Assembly: GCA_963761335.1 (NCBI GenBank)
Contig: CAVXGR010000011.1
Span: forward strand, 288,001 to 352,000
Source of the DNA: an uncultured delta proteobacterium
Lineage (GTDB): Bacteria; Desulfobacterota; Binatia; HRBIN30; BPIQ01
Length of the DNA stretch: 64,000 bases
Direction of reading: 5' to 3'
The position numbers and the translations under genes are program-made. The notes beneath the pieces are model-generated. The model searched no databases. It was not told the origin of the DNA and worked only from the letters and a program-made list of their open reading frames with translations. This document shows, one piece after another, positions 53,758 to 64,000 of the stretch; position 1 is the first letter of the stretch; each line of letters starts with the position of its first letter.

Positions 53758-55272
53758 ATGGATTCACCTCCGATCGCCCTCCTCTGGCTGCTGATTCCAC
53801 TCGTCGGCGCACTGGCGTTCACCGCGCCGCCGTACGTGCTGATCGGGCTGGACCTGCTGCTGGTGTTCTACCCCGGCGAGTGGCTGTTGTCCGGAACCTC
53901 GGTGGATCCGAGCGACATCGTCTTCGCCGGCGTCGTGCTGTCGCTGCTGGTTCGTCGCCGGGCGCTCCACGACCTGTGGCGCGCCCTGGAGCCGTACGCG
54001 AGTCTGATCGCCGCCTCTTCGGCGGTGATCGTGGCGGCCATGCTCACGGCCATGCTGAGCGACCCGGCGAAGTTCAATTCCATCATGGTGCCGGCGTACA
54101 TCGTGTACTTCGCCGGCATCGGCACGGCGCTGCTGCTCTCGGGGTGGGCCTTCCGCGGCGACCCGCGCCTGCCCGCCCTCGGACTGTGGATCGTGTACGG
54201 CACGATCGCCTCGGTCGCCTATCTCCACGCTCCCGACAGCCGCGCCAGCCTCACCAGCCCGGTGGCGGTGGCCTACCAGCTCTACCGCTACGCCTGGAAG
54301 CCGACGCTCTACTACGCGATGGTCGTGCTGCTGCTCGGCGACGGGCGCAAGCTGCAGACGGTGCTGCTGGCGATGGTGCTGGTCGGCGACATCTGCGCCA
54401 TCCAGGGCACGCTGCAGAGCTTTTCCGGTCTGGAGGCGACCGGCCCCTTCAACCAGAAGAACGGCCTCGGCGCCTTCCTGGTCGTGCCCTTTCTCCTCTC
54501 GTTCTCGTGCTTTCTCTACCCGCCCTCGCGGCGGCAGCGCCTGTTCTTCGGCGCCAGCGTGCTGCTGCTGGTGCGCGGCTTGGTGAGCGCCGCCTCGCGC
54601 GGGGCGCTGGTGGCGACGGTCGCCGGAAGCGGCATGATGTTCGGGTTGCTGCTGCTGACGGCGCACGGCTCGCGGCGGGTGGTGCGCGTCGCGGCGCTCG
54701 GGCTCCTGCTGTTGCCGGCGGCATTGGCACTCAAGCCCGACATTCTCCAGCGCCCCAACGTCCGCTTCCTGCTCGAGGCGGTCCATCCCGAGGACGTCGA
54801 CAACTACCAGTGGCGCAAGGAGGAGCGCTGGCCCTATTTCTTCCACAAGATGGTCGACCACCCGTGGTTCGGGGTGGGCGCCGACACCGACTACAGCCTC
54901 GGCGAGACCTGCGCGACGCCGCACAACGGCTATCTCTCGGCCGGCGTCACCAACGGCATTCCCGGGCTGGCGCTGCTGGTGCTGCTCGCCGGGCTCGGCG
55001 TCGGCAAGGGGCTCCTGGTCTTCTGGAAGAGCGCCGATCGCTCGCGGCAGGTGCTCGGGCTCACCATCGCCGCCGCCGTCTTCGCGCTGATGACCCACAA
55101 CTACGTCGACCGTGTGCTTCTCAACCAGGGCCCGGGAGAGTTCTTCTGGCTGCTGATCGCCATCGCCTCGGTGCTGGTGCACAGCGAGGCGACCTTCCGG
55201 CGGAAGCTCTATGCCCCGGAGCCGTCCCGGCACGCTGCCCCGCTGGGCGCCAGCGCGGCGGTGAACGGATGA
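53758..55272 (+). CDS. O-antigen ligase/Wzy-like polymerase
   Basis: Many TM helices, NQKN, SRGA, PWFGVG, PHNGYL..GIPGL. Confidence 0.8.
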   Translation: MDSPPIALLWLLIPLVGALAFTAPPYVLIGLDLLLVFYPGEWLLSGTSVDPSDIVFAGVVLSLLVRRRALHDLWRALEPYASLIAASSAVIVAAMLTAMLSDPAKFNSIMVPAYIVYFAGIGTALLLSGWAFRGDPRLPALGLWIVYGTIASVAYLHAPDSRASLTSPVAVAYQLYRYAWKPTLYYAMVVLLLGDGRKLQTVLLAMVLVGDICAIQGTLQSFSGLEATGPFNQKNGLGAFLVVPFLLSFSCFLYPPSRRQRLFFGASVLLLVRGLVSAASRGALVATVAGSGMMFGLLLLTAHGSRRVVRVAALGLLLLPAALALKPDILQRPNVRFLLEAVHPEDVDNYQWRKEERWPYFFHKMVDHPWFGVGADTDYSLGETCATPHNGYLSAGVTNGIPGLALLVLLAGLGVGKGLLVFWKSADRSRQVLGLTIAAAVFALMTHNYVDRVLLNQGPGEFFWLLIAIASVLVHSEATFRRKLYAPEPSRHAAPLGASAAVNG

Positions 55273-56546
55273 AGAAGTCCATGTCATCGCTCCCCCAGAT
55301 CACAGGCTTGCCGGACCCCGGCGACTCGCGGCGCGTGCGACTCCACAGCGTCGACGGGGCGGCCGCGCCGGCGCCGGTCTCTTCCGCCGAAGAGGATCGG
55401 CGCCGGCTGAAGATCGCCATGATCGGCGGGCGCGGCGTGGCCAACACCTACAGCGGCATCGAGACCTACTATGAGGAGGTCGGCTCGCGGCTGGCGGCGC
55501 GCGGCCACGAGGTGGTCGTCTACTGCCGCACCCACTTCACCCCGGCGATGGAGAGCTATCGCGGCATCCGCGTTCACCGCTTGCCGTCGTTGAAGACCAA
55601 GCACCTGGATACGCTGGTCCACACGATCTTGAGCACCGTGGACGCCGTGCCGCGCGGCTTCGACATCATCCACTACCACGCGCTCGGCCCGAGCCTCTTC
55701 GCCCTGCTGCCGCGCCTCTTCGGGCGAGCGACGGTGGCCTCGGTGCACGGGCTCGACTGGCAGCGCGGCAAGTGGGGGCGCGTGGCGCGCACGGCGCTGC
55801 GCGCCTGCGAATGGGCCTCGGCGCGCTGCCCGACGTCGACCATCGTCGTCTCGCGCACGCTGCAGCGGCACTATCTCGAGGTACAGGGGCGCACCACCGA
55901 GTTCGTCCCCAATGCCGTCCTGCCGAGCCCAGCGCGGCCGCCGGAGCGTATTCTCGCCCGCGGCCTGCAGAAAGACGGCTATCTTCTCTTCGCCGGCCGG
56001 CTCTCCCCGGAAAAGGGCGTGCATACCCTGCTCGAGGCGCTGCGGCCGCTGCGCGGCCGCAAGAAGCTGGTGATTGCCGGCGGCAGCAGCTTCGCCGACA
56101 CCTACGTCCAGAGCCTGCACGCCGCCGCCTGGGAGGACGTCGTCTTCCTCGGCAACGTCGACCGGCAGACGATGGAAGAACTCTACAGCAACTGCTACGC
56201 CTTCGTCCTCCCCTCGGTGATGGAGGGTCTTTCGGTGGCCCTGCTCGAGGCCCTCGCCTTCGGCGCCTGCATCATCACCACCGACATCCCCGAGAACCTG
56301 GAGGTGGTCGGCACCGCGGCGCTGACCTTCCCGCCGGGAGACGTGAGCGCGCTCCGCCTCGCCCTCGAGCAGATCCTCGACAGCCGCGTGGTGGTCGAGG
56401 CCTATCGGCAGCGCGCCCGCGAGCACGCCGGCGTGCAACCGGACTGGGAGGAAGTGGCGCGGCTCACCGAGGCGGTCTACTACCGCTGCCTCGACGGCGC
56501 CGCGCCGGAATACCCGGCCACAGGGGTACCGCCATGTCGCGACTGA
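55269..56546 (+). CDS. Glycosyltransferase family 4
   Basis: YSGIE, HGLDW, GRLSPEKG, EGLSVALLEA. Confidence 0.9.
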   Translation: MKKSMSSLPQITGLPDPGDSRRVRLHSVDGAAAPAPVSSAEEDRRRLKIAMIGGRGVANTYSGIETYYEEVGSRLAARGHEVVVYCRTHFTPAMESYRGIRVHRLPSLKTKHLDTLVHTILSTVDAVPRGFDIIHYHALGPSLFALLPRLFGRATVASVHGLDWQRGKWGRVARTALRACEWASARCPTSTIVVSRTLQRHYLEVQGRTTEFVPNAVLPSPARPPERILARGLQKDGYLLFAGRLSPEKGVHTLLEALRPLRGRKKLVIAGGSSFADTYVQSLHAAAWEDVVFLGNVDRQTMEELYSNCYAFVLPSVMEGLSVALLEALAFGACIITTDIPENLEVVGTAALTFPPGDVSALRLALEQILDSRVVVEAYRQRAREHAGVQPDWEEVARLTEAVYYRCLDGAAPEYPATGVPPCRD

Positions 56547-58009
56547 ACTTCTCGCGGCAGTACCTGACGTACACCGCCGGCCTGCTGATGCAGAAGGTCG
56601 CGGCCTTCGTCCTCATCCCGCTCTATACCGCGGTGCTCACCACCGGCGACTACGGCACCCTCGAGCTGCTCAGCAACTTCGTCGGGCTGGCGGCGCTGGT
56701 CGCCGTGCTCGGCGTGCCCTCGGCAATGAACAAGTGCTACCACCGCGACTGCGCCAACGAGAGCGAGCGGAGCGAGCTGCTGGGAACGACAATCCTCTTC
56801 ACCCTGCCCGCGGCGCTGGCCATCGTCGTCGTCGCCTTCACCTTCGACCGGGCCCTCGCCACGGCGATGTTCGCGCGCCCGGAATGGGCGTTCTACGTGC
56901 GCCTGGCGCTGATCATGCTGGCGCTGATGCAGACCTCGCTGATCCCCATGGAGCTGATGCGCACCCTCGGACGCGCCGGGCAGTACGTCGCCTTCAGCCT
57001 GCTGCAGATGCTCGTGCAGATCGGTATCAGCGTCCTCCTGCTTCTCCAGTTTCGGCTCGGGGTCACCGCGGTGCTGCTCGGCAACATCGCCGGCTACGCG
57101 GTCGTACAGCTGGTGAGCCTCCCGATGCTGTGGCGGCACGCGACCTTCACCCTGTCGCCGCGCCACCTCCGCCATCTGGCCGCCTTCGGTCTGCTGCTGG
57201 TGCCGATCAGCGCCTGCGGCTGGATCGTCAACGTCTCCGACCGCTTCTTTCTGCAGCGCCTGGCCTCCGACGCCGAGGTCGGCCTGTACGCCCTCGGCTA
57301 CAAGTTCGGCATGCTCGTCGAGCTGGTCCTGGTTCTGCCCTTCCAGAAGGCGTGGAACCCGTACTACTTCCGCATTGCCGACAGCCCGGAGGCGCCGCGG
57401 GTGTTCGGTCGCGTCCTCACCTATTACATTCTCCTGCTGTGCCTCGGCGTCGGCCTGATGTCGGCCTGCGGCGCCTCGGCTCTGCGCCTGCTGGCGCATC
57501 CCGATTTCTATCGCGCCGGCGGGGTGATTCCGCTGATCGCCTCCTCGTACGGGCTCTCGGGCCTGGTCATGTGCCTGTCGACGGCGCTCATCGTCAGCGC
57601 CCGCACCCGTTTCGTCGCCGCCATCGCCGTCACCGGGGCCGCCGTCAACACCGTTCTCAACATCACCCTGATCCCCGGGAGCGGCATGATGGGCGCGGCG
57701 ATCTCGACGCTGGCCACCTTCGCCACCACCGGCCTCCTGACCGTCTGGGCCGTGGCTCGTTGGTATCCGATTCCACTGGAGAAAATGCGATTGGCGAAGG
57801 TCGGCCTCAGCGCCGCGGCGCTGACGGGGGCGGCCTTTCTGGTCAACGCCTCGGGCCCGGAGATCGAGATCCTGGCGCGGGCCTCGATTTTGCTCTCCCT
57901 GCCTCTGGTCCTCTTCGCCGTCGGCTTCTTCAGCGACGAGGAGGTGGAGTCGATGAAGGCGGTAGTGCTGCGCCTGGGCACGCGCGGCACGGTATCGGGA
58001 GCGAGCTGA
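56534..58009 (+). CDS. Wzx-type polysaccharide flippase
   Basis: LIPLYT..L...DYG, SDRFFL, VGLYALGYK, GAAIST; many TM helices. Confidence 0.88.
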   Translation: MSRLNFSRQYLTYTAGLLMQKVAAFVLIPLYTAVLTTGDYGTLELLSNFVGLAALVAVLGVPSAMNKCYHRDCANESERSELLGTTILFTLPAALAIVVVAFTFDRALATAMFARPEWAFYVRLALIMLALMQTSLIPMELMRTLGRAGQYVAFSLLQMLVQIGISVLLLLQFRLGVTAVLLGNIAGYAVVQLVSLPMLWRHATFTLSPRHLRHLAAFGLLLVPISACGWIVNVSDRFFLQRLASDAEVGLYALGYKFGMLVELVLVLPFQKAWNPYYFRIADSPEAPRVFGRVLTYYILLLCLGVGLMSACGASALRLLAHPDFYRAGGVIPLIASSYGLSGLVMCLSTALIVSARTRFVAAIAVTGAAVNTVLNITLIPGSGMMGAAISTLATFATTGLLTVWAVARWYPIPLEKMRLAKVGLSAAALTGAAFLVNASGPEIEILARASILLSLPLVLFAVGFFSDEEVESMKAVVLRLGTRGTVSGAS

Positions 58010-59166
58010 TGGGCATGGCCCAGGCCATTGATGTGCACGAGGACAGCGCCGAGAGGCGCCGGATCCTTCTCCTCAGCCAGGACCTGGACATCTGGGGTGC
58101 GCAACGGCAGATCGTCGAGCTGGCGAAGGGGCTGGCGCGGCACCACCACGACGTGCGCCTGGGCGCCCTGGCGGCGGACGGACCTCTGCGCGCCGAGCTC
58201 ATCGAGCACGGCATCCCCGTCGAGTCCTTCGCGCGTCGCTGGCGCTGGGACCTCTCGCCGATTGCGAGGCTCGCTTCCTATCTGCGCTCCCAGCGCATCG
58301 AGGTCGTACACGCGTTCATGTTCCTGCCGAACTTCTACTCGCGCCTCGCCGGGCGCTGGGCGGGAACGCCCGCGGTCATCTCCTCGCTGCGCTCCACCGG
58401 GATCGAGGGATGGCCGCGCTACGCCGCGGACGTGGCGACCTGCTTTCTCTGCGATGCGATGATCGCCAACTCGGCGGCCGGGCGCGACCACTATCTGCGC
58501 CGTGGCGGCCTGCGCAGCCGCATGGCGGTGGTGCGCAACGGCTGGGCGCCGCGCCGGGCCGTGCCCGAACCGGCGGCCGCCGCGCGGCGCCGCGACTGGG
58601 GTCTGCAGCGCTTCCGGCAGCTGATCGGCATGGTGGGTGCCCTCGAGTGGCGCAAGGATCAGCGGCGGCTCATCGAGGCGATGGTGGAGATCTCCCGCAG
58701 CGCACCGGACACGGGTCTGGTGCTCGCCGGCGACGGTTCGCGGCGGCGCCCCCTGGGCGACCTGGCGCAGAGCCTCGGCCTCGGCGATCGCGTCGTCTTC
58801 CTCGGCACGCTGGCCAACCCAGATCCGCTCTACGACCTCCTCGACGTCTACGTCCAGGCGTCGTTCGAGGGAGAGGGAATCTCCAACAGCATCCTCGAAG
58901 CCATGGCGCATGCGCGGCCGGTGATCGCCACCGACGTCGGCGGCAATCGCGAGGTCGTCGCCGATCAGCGCACCGGCATACTGATTCCGCCGGGCGACGC
59001 TGCCGCCCTCGCCGGCGGCGTACTGGCCCTGCTCGCCGACGATGCCCGGCGCCAGCGCATGGGCCGCGCCGGCGCCGCCCGTGTGCAGCAGGAGTTCGGT
59101 CTGGAGACGATGATCGAGGCCACCGAGAGCATCTACGACGCCGTCCTGCGGCGGCGGACGGAGTGA
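58009..59166 (+). CDS. Glycosyltransferase family 4
   Basis: GAQRQ, EGISNSILEAM, VIATDVGG. Confidence 0.9.
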   Translation: MGMAQAIDVHEDSAERRRILLLSQDLDIWGAQRQIVELAKGLARHHHDVRLGALAADGPLRAELIEHGIPVESFARRWRWDLSPIARLASYLRSQRIEVVHAFMFLPNFYSRLAGRWAGTPAVISSLRSTGIEGWPRYAADVATCFLCDAMIANSAAGRDHYLRRGGLRSRMAVVRNGWAPRRAVPEPAAAARRRDWGLQRFRQLIGMVGALEWRKDQRRLIEAMVEISRSAPDTGLVLAGDGSRRRPLGDLAQSLGLGDRVVFLGTLANPDPLYDLLDVYVQASFEGEGISNSILEAMAHARPVIATDVGGNREVVADQRTGILIPPGDAAALAGGVLALLADDARRQRMGRAGAARVQQEFGLETMIEATESIYDAVLRRRTE

Positions 59167-59174
59167 GCCGCAGC

Positions 59175-61118
59175 ATGTGCGGAATTGCCGGATACGCCGT
59201 CCGCGACGGCGCCCCCATCGAGCGACAGATCCTGGCGCGCATGGCCGCGGCACTGCGCCATCGGGGCCCGGACGGCGAGGGGATCGCCGTGATCGGCGGG
59301 GTGGGGCTCGCACATCGCCGTCTCGCCATCATCGACCTGACGAGCGGCGAACAGCCGATGGCGAGCGCCGACGGCCGCCTGTGGATCACCTTCAACGGCG
59401 AGATATACAACTACCTCGAGCTGCGCGCCGAGCTCGAGGCTCGCGGGCACAGCTTCCGCACCACCTCCGATACGGAGACCATCCTCGCCGCCTACGCCGA
59501 GTACGGCGCCGAATGCGTCCTGCATCTGCGCGGCATGTTCGCCTTTGCCCTGTACGACGCGCGCGAGGATGTCCTGCTCCTCGCCCGCGATCGCTTCGGC
59601 ATCAAGCCGCTCTACTACTGCGAGACCAACGGGGCGCTGGTGTTCGCCTCGGAGCTGAAGGGGCTGCTGGCGCATCCCGCGGTGCCGCGCGAGATCGACC
59701 CGCTGGCGATCAGCGACTATCTCACCTACGGATACGTCCCGGCAGAGCGCTCCATCTTCCGGGGGATCTCCAAGCTGCGCCCGGCGACCATTCTCCTGCG
59801 GCGCCGCGGCCGTACGGAGCTGCGGACCTACTGGAAGCCGAGCTTCGGGGGCGACAGGGAGGCCCTATCGGACGGCGAGTGGGCCGAGCGGACGCGCCAG
59901 ACGCTGGCCGAGTCGGTCCGCCTGCACATGCGTGCCGACGTTCCCTACGGCGCGCTCCTCTCCGGAGGGCTCGACTCCAGCGCCGTGGTGGCGCTGATGG
60001 CACAGTCCTCCAGTCAGCCGCTGCGCACCTACACGGTCGGCTTCGAGGACAGCGCCTTCGACGAACGCCTCTACGCGCGGCAGGTGGCCGAGCGCTTCGG
60101 CACGCGACACACCGAGGTGGTGCTGCGCCCCGACGGCCTCGGGGCGCTGCCCGAGCTGGTCGAGCAGTTCGACGAGCCCTTCGCCGACGCCTCGGCGCTG
60201 CCCTGCTTCCACATTGCCCGGGTGGTCGCCCGCGATCTCAAGGTCTGCCTCACCGGCGACGGCGGCGACGAGGCCTTCGGCGGCTACGACGCCTACCGCA
60301 TGGCTCTGCGCCTCGGCGCCCTCGACCGCATTCCGCTCCGCTTGCGGCGGCTGCTGCTCGATCCGCTGCTGTCGGTGTACCCGCACTGGCTCTCCGGCCG
60401 CGGCCTGCTCGGCTTCGCGCGCCTCGGTTTTACGGATCGCTACATCGAGCTGATGTGTGGCTTCGACAACGGCCAGAAGCAGCGAATTCTCACCGCCGAC
60501 TTCGCGCGCGCCGTCGCCGATCGCGACTCGTACGACGTCTGCCGTCCACTGATGCTCGGCGACGGGCCTCTCGACCGCATGCAGGCGGCGGACTACCGGA
60601 GCTATCTCCCCGACGACATTCTGGTGAAGGCGGACCGCACCTCGATGCGCCACGGCCTCGAGCTGCGCGTGCCCTTCATCGATGCGGAGGTCTTCGACCT
60701 CGCCCGCCGCCTGCCCCCGGAGCTGCGCGTTCGTCACGGCCGCGGCAAGCACGTCCTGCGCGAGGCGGTGAAGGATCTGCTGCCGGAGCTGAACCTGGAG
60801 CGCGGCAAGCAGGGCTTCGGTGTACCGCTGCGGCGATGGCTCGGCGGCGACCTCGGCGGATTCGCCACCGAGGTATTCGCCGATCCGCGCACGGCACAGC
60901 GCGGCATCCTCAACGTCGCCGAGCTCCTTGCCACGGTGCGCCACAACGCCCACGCGCGGCCCCGCCTCGATCAGGAGATCTGGACGGCGCTGATGCTGGA
61001 GCTTTGGTGCCGCCACTATCTGGATCAGGCGCCGGCCGCGCCGCGCCCTTCCGCCGCCGCGGTCGCCAGTCGCTTCGCGCCGGCGATCGCCGGCGCGGCT
61101 GCGCCAATGGAAAGATGA
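59175..61118 (+). CDS. asnB: Asparagine synthase (glutamine-hydrolysing), polysaccharide amidotransferase type
   Basis: MCGIAG, HRGPD, HRRLAIID, FNGEIYN, LSGGLDSS, TGDGGDE, DRTSM, ELRVPF, KQGF. Confidence 0.93.
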   Translation: MCGIAGYAVRDGAPIERQILARMAAALRHRGPDGEGIAVIGGVGLAHRRLAIIDLTSGEQPMASADGRLWITFNGEIYNYLELRAELEARGHSFRTTSDTETILAAYAEYGAECVLHLRGMFAFALYDAREDVLLLARDRFGIKPLYYCETNGALVFASELKGLLAHPAVPREIDPLAISDYLTYGYVPAERSIFRGISKLRPATILLRRRGRTELRTYWKPSFGGDREALSDGEWAERTRQTLAESVRLHMRADVPYGALLSGGLDSSAVVALMAQSSSQPLRTYTVGFEDSAFDERLYARQVAERFGTRHTEVVLRPDGLGALPELVEQFDEPFADASALPCFHIARVVARDLKVCLTGDGGDEAFGGYDAYRMALRLGALDRIPLRLRRLLLDPLLSVYPHWLSGRGLLGFARLGFTDRYIELMCGFDNGQKQRILTADFARAVADRDSYDVCRPLMLGDGPLDRMQAADYRSYLPDDILVKADRTSMRHGLELRVPFIDAEVFDLARRLPPELRVRHGRGKHVLREAVKDLLPELNLERGKQGFGVPLRRWLGGDLGGFATEVFADPRTAQRGILNVAELLATVRHNAHARPRLDQEIWTALMLELWCRHYLDQAPAAPRPSAAAVASRFAPAIAGAAAPMER

Positions 61119-61125
61119 GGGAATC

Positions 61126-62436
61126 ATGAAGCTCGCAATCTTCGGGCTCGGCTACGTCGGCACCGTCTCGGCCGCCTGCTTCGCGGCGCGCGGCCACGAG
61201 GTGAGCGGCGTCGACATCGACCCGAGCAAGGTGGAGAGCGTCAATCGCGGGCACAGCCCGGTCATCGAGCAGGATCTGGACGAGCGCGTGCGCGAGGCTA
61301 TCGACAGCGGCCGCCTGCGGGCCACCACCAACGGCGAAAAGGCCGTCGCCGAGGCCGACGTCTCCCTCGTCTGCGTCGGCACTCCGAGCCGCGACAACGG
61401 CAGCCTGAACCTCGACCACGTGGCGCGGGTCGCCGCGGAGATCGGTACCGCGCTGCGCCGGCGACCCGGCTACCACGTCGTCGCCTTCCGCAGCACCATG
61501 CTCCCGGGAACCACCGAAGAGCGCCTCATCCCCATCCTGGCGGAAGCATCGGGGCGCCGGCCGGGCGCCGACTTCGGCGTCGCCGTGAACCCGGAGTTCC
61601 TGCGCGAGGGCAGCTCGGTGGAGGACTTCGACCACCCGTCGCGGACGGTGATCGGCCAGCTGGACGCTCCCAGCGGCGATGCCGTCGAGCAGCTGTACAC
61701 CGGCATTCCCGCCCCGGTGGTGCGCACCGAGGTGCGCACCGCGGAGCTGGTGAAGTACGCCGACAACGCCTTCCACGCGCTCAAGATCGCCTTCGCCAAC
61801 GAGCTCGGCGCCGTCTGCAAGGAGGCCGGCGTCGACAGCCATCGGCTCATGGACATCTTCTGCATGGACACCAAGCTCAACGTGTCGCGCGCCTATCTGC
61901 GTCCCGGGGTGCCCTTCGGAGGCTCGTGTCTGCCGAAGGACGTGCGCGCCCTCGTCTATCAGGCCCGCAGCCACGATCTCCAGGTGCCGCTGCTGGAATC
62001 GATTCTGCGGAGCAACGAGCTGCACAAGCGGCGGGCGCTCGATCTGATCCTGGGCACGCACATGCGCAAGATCGGCATCCTCGGCCTGAGCTTCAAGCAG
62101 GGCACCGACGACCTGCGCGAGAGCCCCGCCGTCGAGCTCACCGAGACGCTGATCGGCAAAGGATTCAACGTCGCCATCTACGACCGGAACGTCTCGCTGG
62201 CACGGCTCGTCGGCGCCAACCGCGCCTATATCGAGCGGGAGATTCCGCACATCTCCAGCCTCATGCGCGACTCGATCGAAGAGGTGCGCGAGCACGCCGA
62301 GGTCCTGGTGGTGACCACTCCGGCACCGGAGTTTCGCGGCATCTCCTCGACGCTGCGACCCGGCCAGGTGCTCGTCGATCTGGTGCGACTCGGCAACGGC
62401 GGCAACGGCAACGGCGCGATTCGCGGCATCTGCTGA
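61126..62436 (+). CDS. Nucleotide-sugar 6-dehydrogenase (AlgD/GDP-mannose dehydrogenase-like)
   Basis: IFGLGYVG, CVGTPS, NPEFLREG, FGGSCLPKD, GLSFKQGTDDLRESP. Confidence 0.92.
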   Translation: MKLAIFGLGYVGTVSAACFAARGHEVSGVDIDPSKVESVNRGHSPVIEQDLDERVREAIDSGRLRATTNGEKAVAEADVSLVCVGTPSRDNGSLNLDHVARVAAEIGTALRRRPGYHVVAFRSTMLPGTTEERLIPILAEASGRRPGADFGVAVNPEFLREGSSVEDFDHPSRTVIGQLDAPSGDAVEQLYTGIPAPVVRTEVRTAELVKYADNAFHALKIAFANELGAVCKEAGVDSHRLMDIFCMDTKLNVSRAYLRPGVPFGGSCLPKDVRALVYQARSHDLQVPLLESILRSNELHKRRALDLILGTHMRKIGILGLSFKQGTDDLRESPAVELTETLIGKGFNVAIYDRNVSLARLVGANRAYIEREIPHISSLMRDSIEEVREHAEVLVVTTPAPEFRGISSTLRPGQVLVDLVRLGNGGNGNGAIRGIC

Positions 62437-62464
62437 GGAGAGGGAACGCGGCGCCGAGTCCACC

Positions 62465-63616
62465 ATGAAAATCCTCCTCCTCTCTCTGAACTGGGTCGAG
62501 TACCAGATCGAGATGGCCAACGCCCTGACGGCCCTCGGCCATCGGGTCGAGGTGATCTTCAAGACCGAGCGCGTGCACGCCACCGTCGGCGAAGCGCTGC
62601 CGCAGCTGCTCGACCGTCGCGTCCGCTATCACCTGCTCGACGATCGGCCGCGCGGCCTGCGCGATCCGCGGCAGCTCTCCACCATCGCGCGGCTGATCGT
62701 TTTGCTGCGCGGCATCTCCCCGGACGTCATCTTTCTGCACGAGGCGACCAACACCTATCTGCCGCTGTGCCTGTCGGCGGCGGCCCGACGCACGCCTCTG
62801 CTGCTCACGGTACACGACGTCACCGCGCATCCCGGCGCCGACGCGGAAGGACCGCGGCGACGCGAATGGGTGCAGCAGTGGTTGCGGCAGCGCGCCTCGG
62901 CGGTGATCGTTCACGGCGAGTGGCTGCGCCAGCGCTACCTGGAGCTTCCCGGCAAGACATGCCGCAACGTGCACGCCATTCCGCACGGATGTTACACGGT
63001 GCTGCGGCACTGGGCGGCGGCGGACGCCCAAGAGATCGAGAACTCGGTGCTCTTCTTCGGTCGCATCCACGCCTACAAGGGGCTCGGCTATCTGGTGCGC
63101 GCCGCGGATCGCATCGCCGCCTCGATTCCGAATCTGCGCGTGGTGATCGCCGGCGACGGCACCGAGCTCGACCTGTACCGCGACCGCTTCGCGGCGCACC
63201 CGGAGCGCTTCGTCATCCACCGCGGGTATCTCCCCAACACCGCGGTGGCGCGGGTGTTCCAGGAATCCTCACTGGTGGTGCTGCCGTACATCGAAGGGTC
63301 GCAGAGCGGCGTGGTGCGCATCGCCTACGTGTTCGGCAAACCCGTGGTGGCCACGCGCGTCGGCAGCATCCCCGAATCGATCCGCGAGGGGGAGACCGGA
63401 CTGCTGGTGCCGCCGCGCGACGAGAACGCCCTCGCCGACGCCGTCGTCGCGGTGCTGGCGGACAAGGACCGCCTGCGGCGGATGGCGGGCAACGCCGCCC
63501 GCATGCCGGAGACGGAGATGTCCTGGAGCCGGGTGGCCGAGAGAACCGTGCGGGTCATCGAAGATCTGCCGCGGCGAGCGGCGTTGCCGGTCGCCGTACC
63601 CGGAGGAGCCGCGTGA
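62465..63616 (+). CDS. Glycosyltransferase family 4
   Basis: TVHDV..HPG, FFGRIHAYKG, LPYIEGSQSGV, GKPVV. Confidence 0.9.
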   Translation: MKILLLSLNWVEYQIEMANALTALGHRVEVIFKTERVHATVGEALPQLLDRRVRYHLLDDRPRGLRDPRQLSTIARLIVLLRGISPDVIFLHEATNTYLPLCLSAAARRTPLLLTVHDVTAHPGADAEGPRRREWVQQWLRQRASAVIVHGEWLRQRYLELPGKTCRNVHAIPHGCYTVLRHWAAADAQEIENSVLFFGRIHAYKGLGYLVRAADRIAASIPNLRVVIAGDGTELDLYRDRFAAHPERFVIHRGYLPNTAVARVFQESSLVVLPYIEGSQSGVVRIAYVFGKPVVATRVGSIPESIREGETGLLVPPRDENALADAVVAVLADKDRLRRMAGNAARMPETEMSWSRVAERTVRVIEDLPRRAALPVAVPGGAA

Positions 63617-64000
63617 TGCCTCTCCGCTCACTGACGCGGGCCATGGCGCGCACCGGGCTGCCGGCTCTCCTGTGGCAATGCCAGAAGGTGCGGCCGCGGC
63701 AGGGGCGCGCCTTCGTGCTCATGTATCACCGCGTCTCGGCCGAGCGCGACTATCTCGGCCTGTGCACGCCCCCGGCGGTATTCGACCGGCAGATGACACT
63801 GCTGCGCCGACGGATGCGGGTGCTGCCGCTGCGCCAGCTCGCCGAGCGCCTGCGGCAGCCGGAGCCGCTGGCGGAGGACGTCGCCGCGATCACCTTCGAT
63901 GACGGCTATCGCGACAATCTCGACGTCGCCCTGCCGATCCTCGAGCGCCACGGCCTGCCGGCGACGGTGTTCGTCGCCACCGGGTTCATCGACGGCACCG
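63616..64000 (+). CDS. Polysaccharide deacetylase (truncated by window end)
   Basis: Translated by hand: VLMYHRV...AITFDDGYRDN...LPATVFV; TGATG coupling with the previous gene. Confidence 0.88.
   Translation, partial: MPLRSLTRAMARTGLPALLWQCQKVRPRQGRAFVLMYHRVSAERDYLGLCTPPAVFDRQMTLLRRRMRVLPLRQLAERLRQPEPLAEDVAAITFDDGYRDNLDVALPILERHGLPATVFVATGFIDGT

Noticed and set aside
59175..61118. AsnB as a lasso-peptide cyclase for the NHLP-like peptide
   Set aside because: It has an intact MCGIAG glutaminase domain, no B1/B2 partner genes are present, and it sits among glycosyltransferases.
1..64000. tRNA, rRNA, transposase, integrase, prophage or defence-system genes
   Set aside because: None recognised by eye; covariance-model and HMM scans would be needed to exclude them formally.

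Overview
GC-rich bacterial chromosome segment. Secreted proteins with dockerin-like and Cys-rich modules, an NHLP-leader-like small protein and several sigma-54 signals suggest a Binatota/deltaproteobacteria-like organism (inference only). The left half holds mixed metabolic genes: amidase, APH-type kinase plus class III aminotransferase, di-heme DHOR protein, MoaD-MoaE fusion, MoaB, acyltransferase, PHP protein, DUF35/thiolase-like/hydrolase, GDPD, mltG, PTS EIIA, phoU-phoB-phoR, rpsU and hydantoinase A. It also has two frameshift-riddled stretches (about 7.7-10.4 kb and 13.4-15.2 kb), REP-like hairpin elements and a giant GAF/coiled-coil/pseudo-receiver protein. The right half (39.75-64 kb, running off the window) is one tightly coupled Wzx/Wzy-type polysaccharide operon and is the best candidate for an undescribed system. 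It follows an orphan sigma-54 activator with Glu at the phospho-acceptor site, has a perfect palindromic enhancer-like site and a -24/-12-like promoter, and starts with an 86-aa NHLP-leader-like gene coupled to the export lipoprotein. It also has a split Wzc with an apparently dead kinase and an inserted ExeA-type ATPase, plus an Arn-like lipid-linked amino-sugar module. All calls come from reading motifs by eye; no database searches were run.
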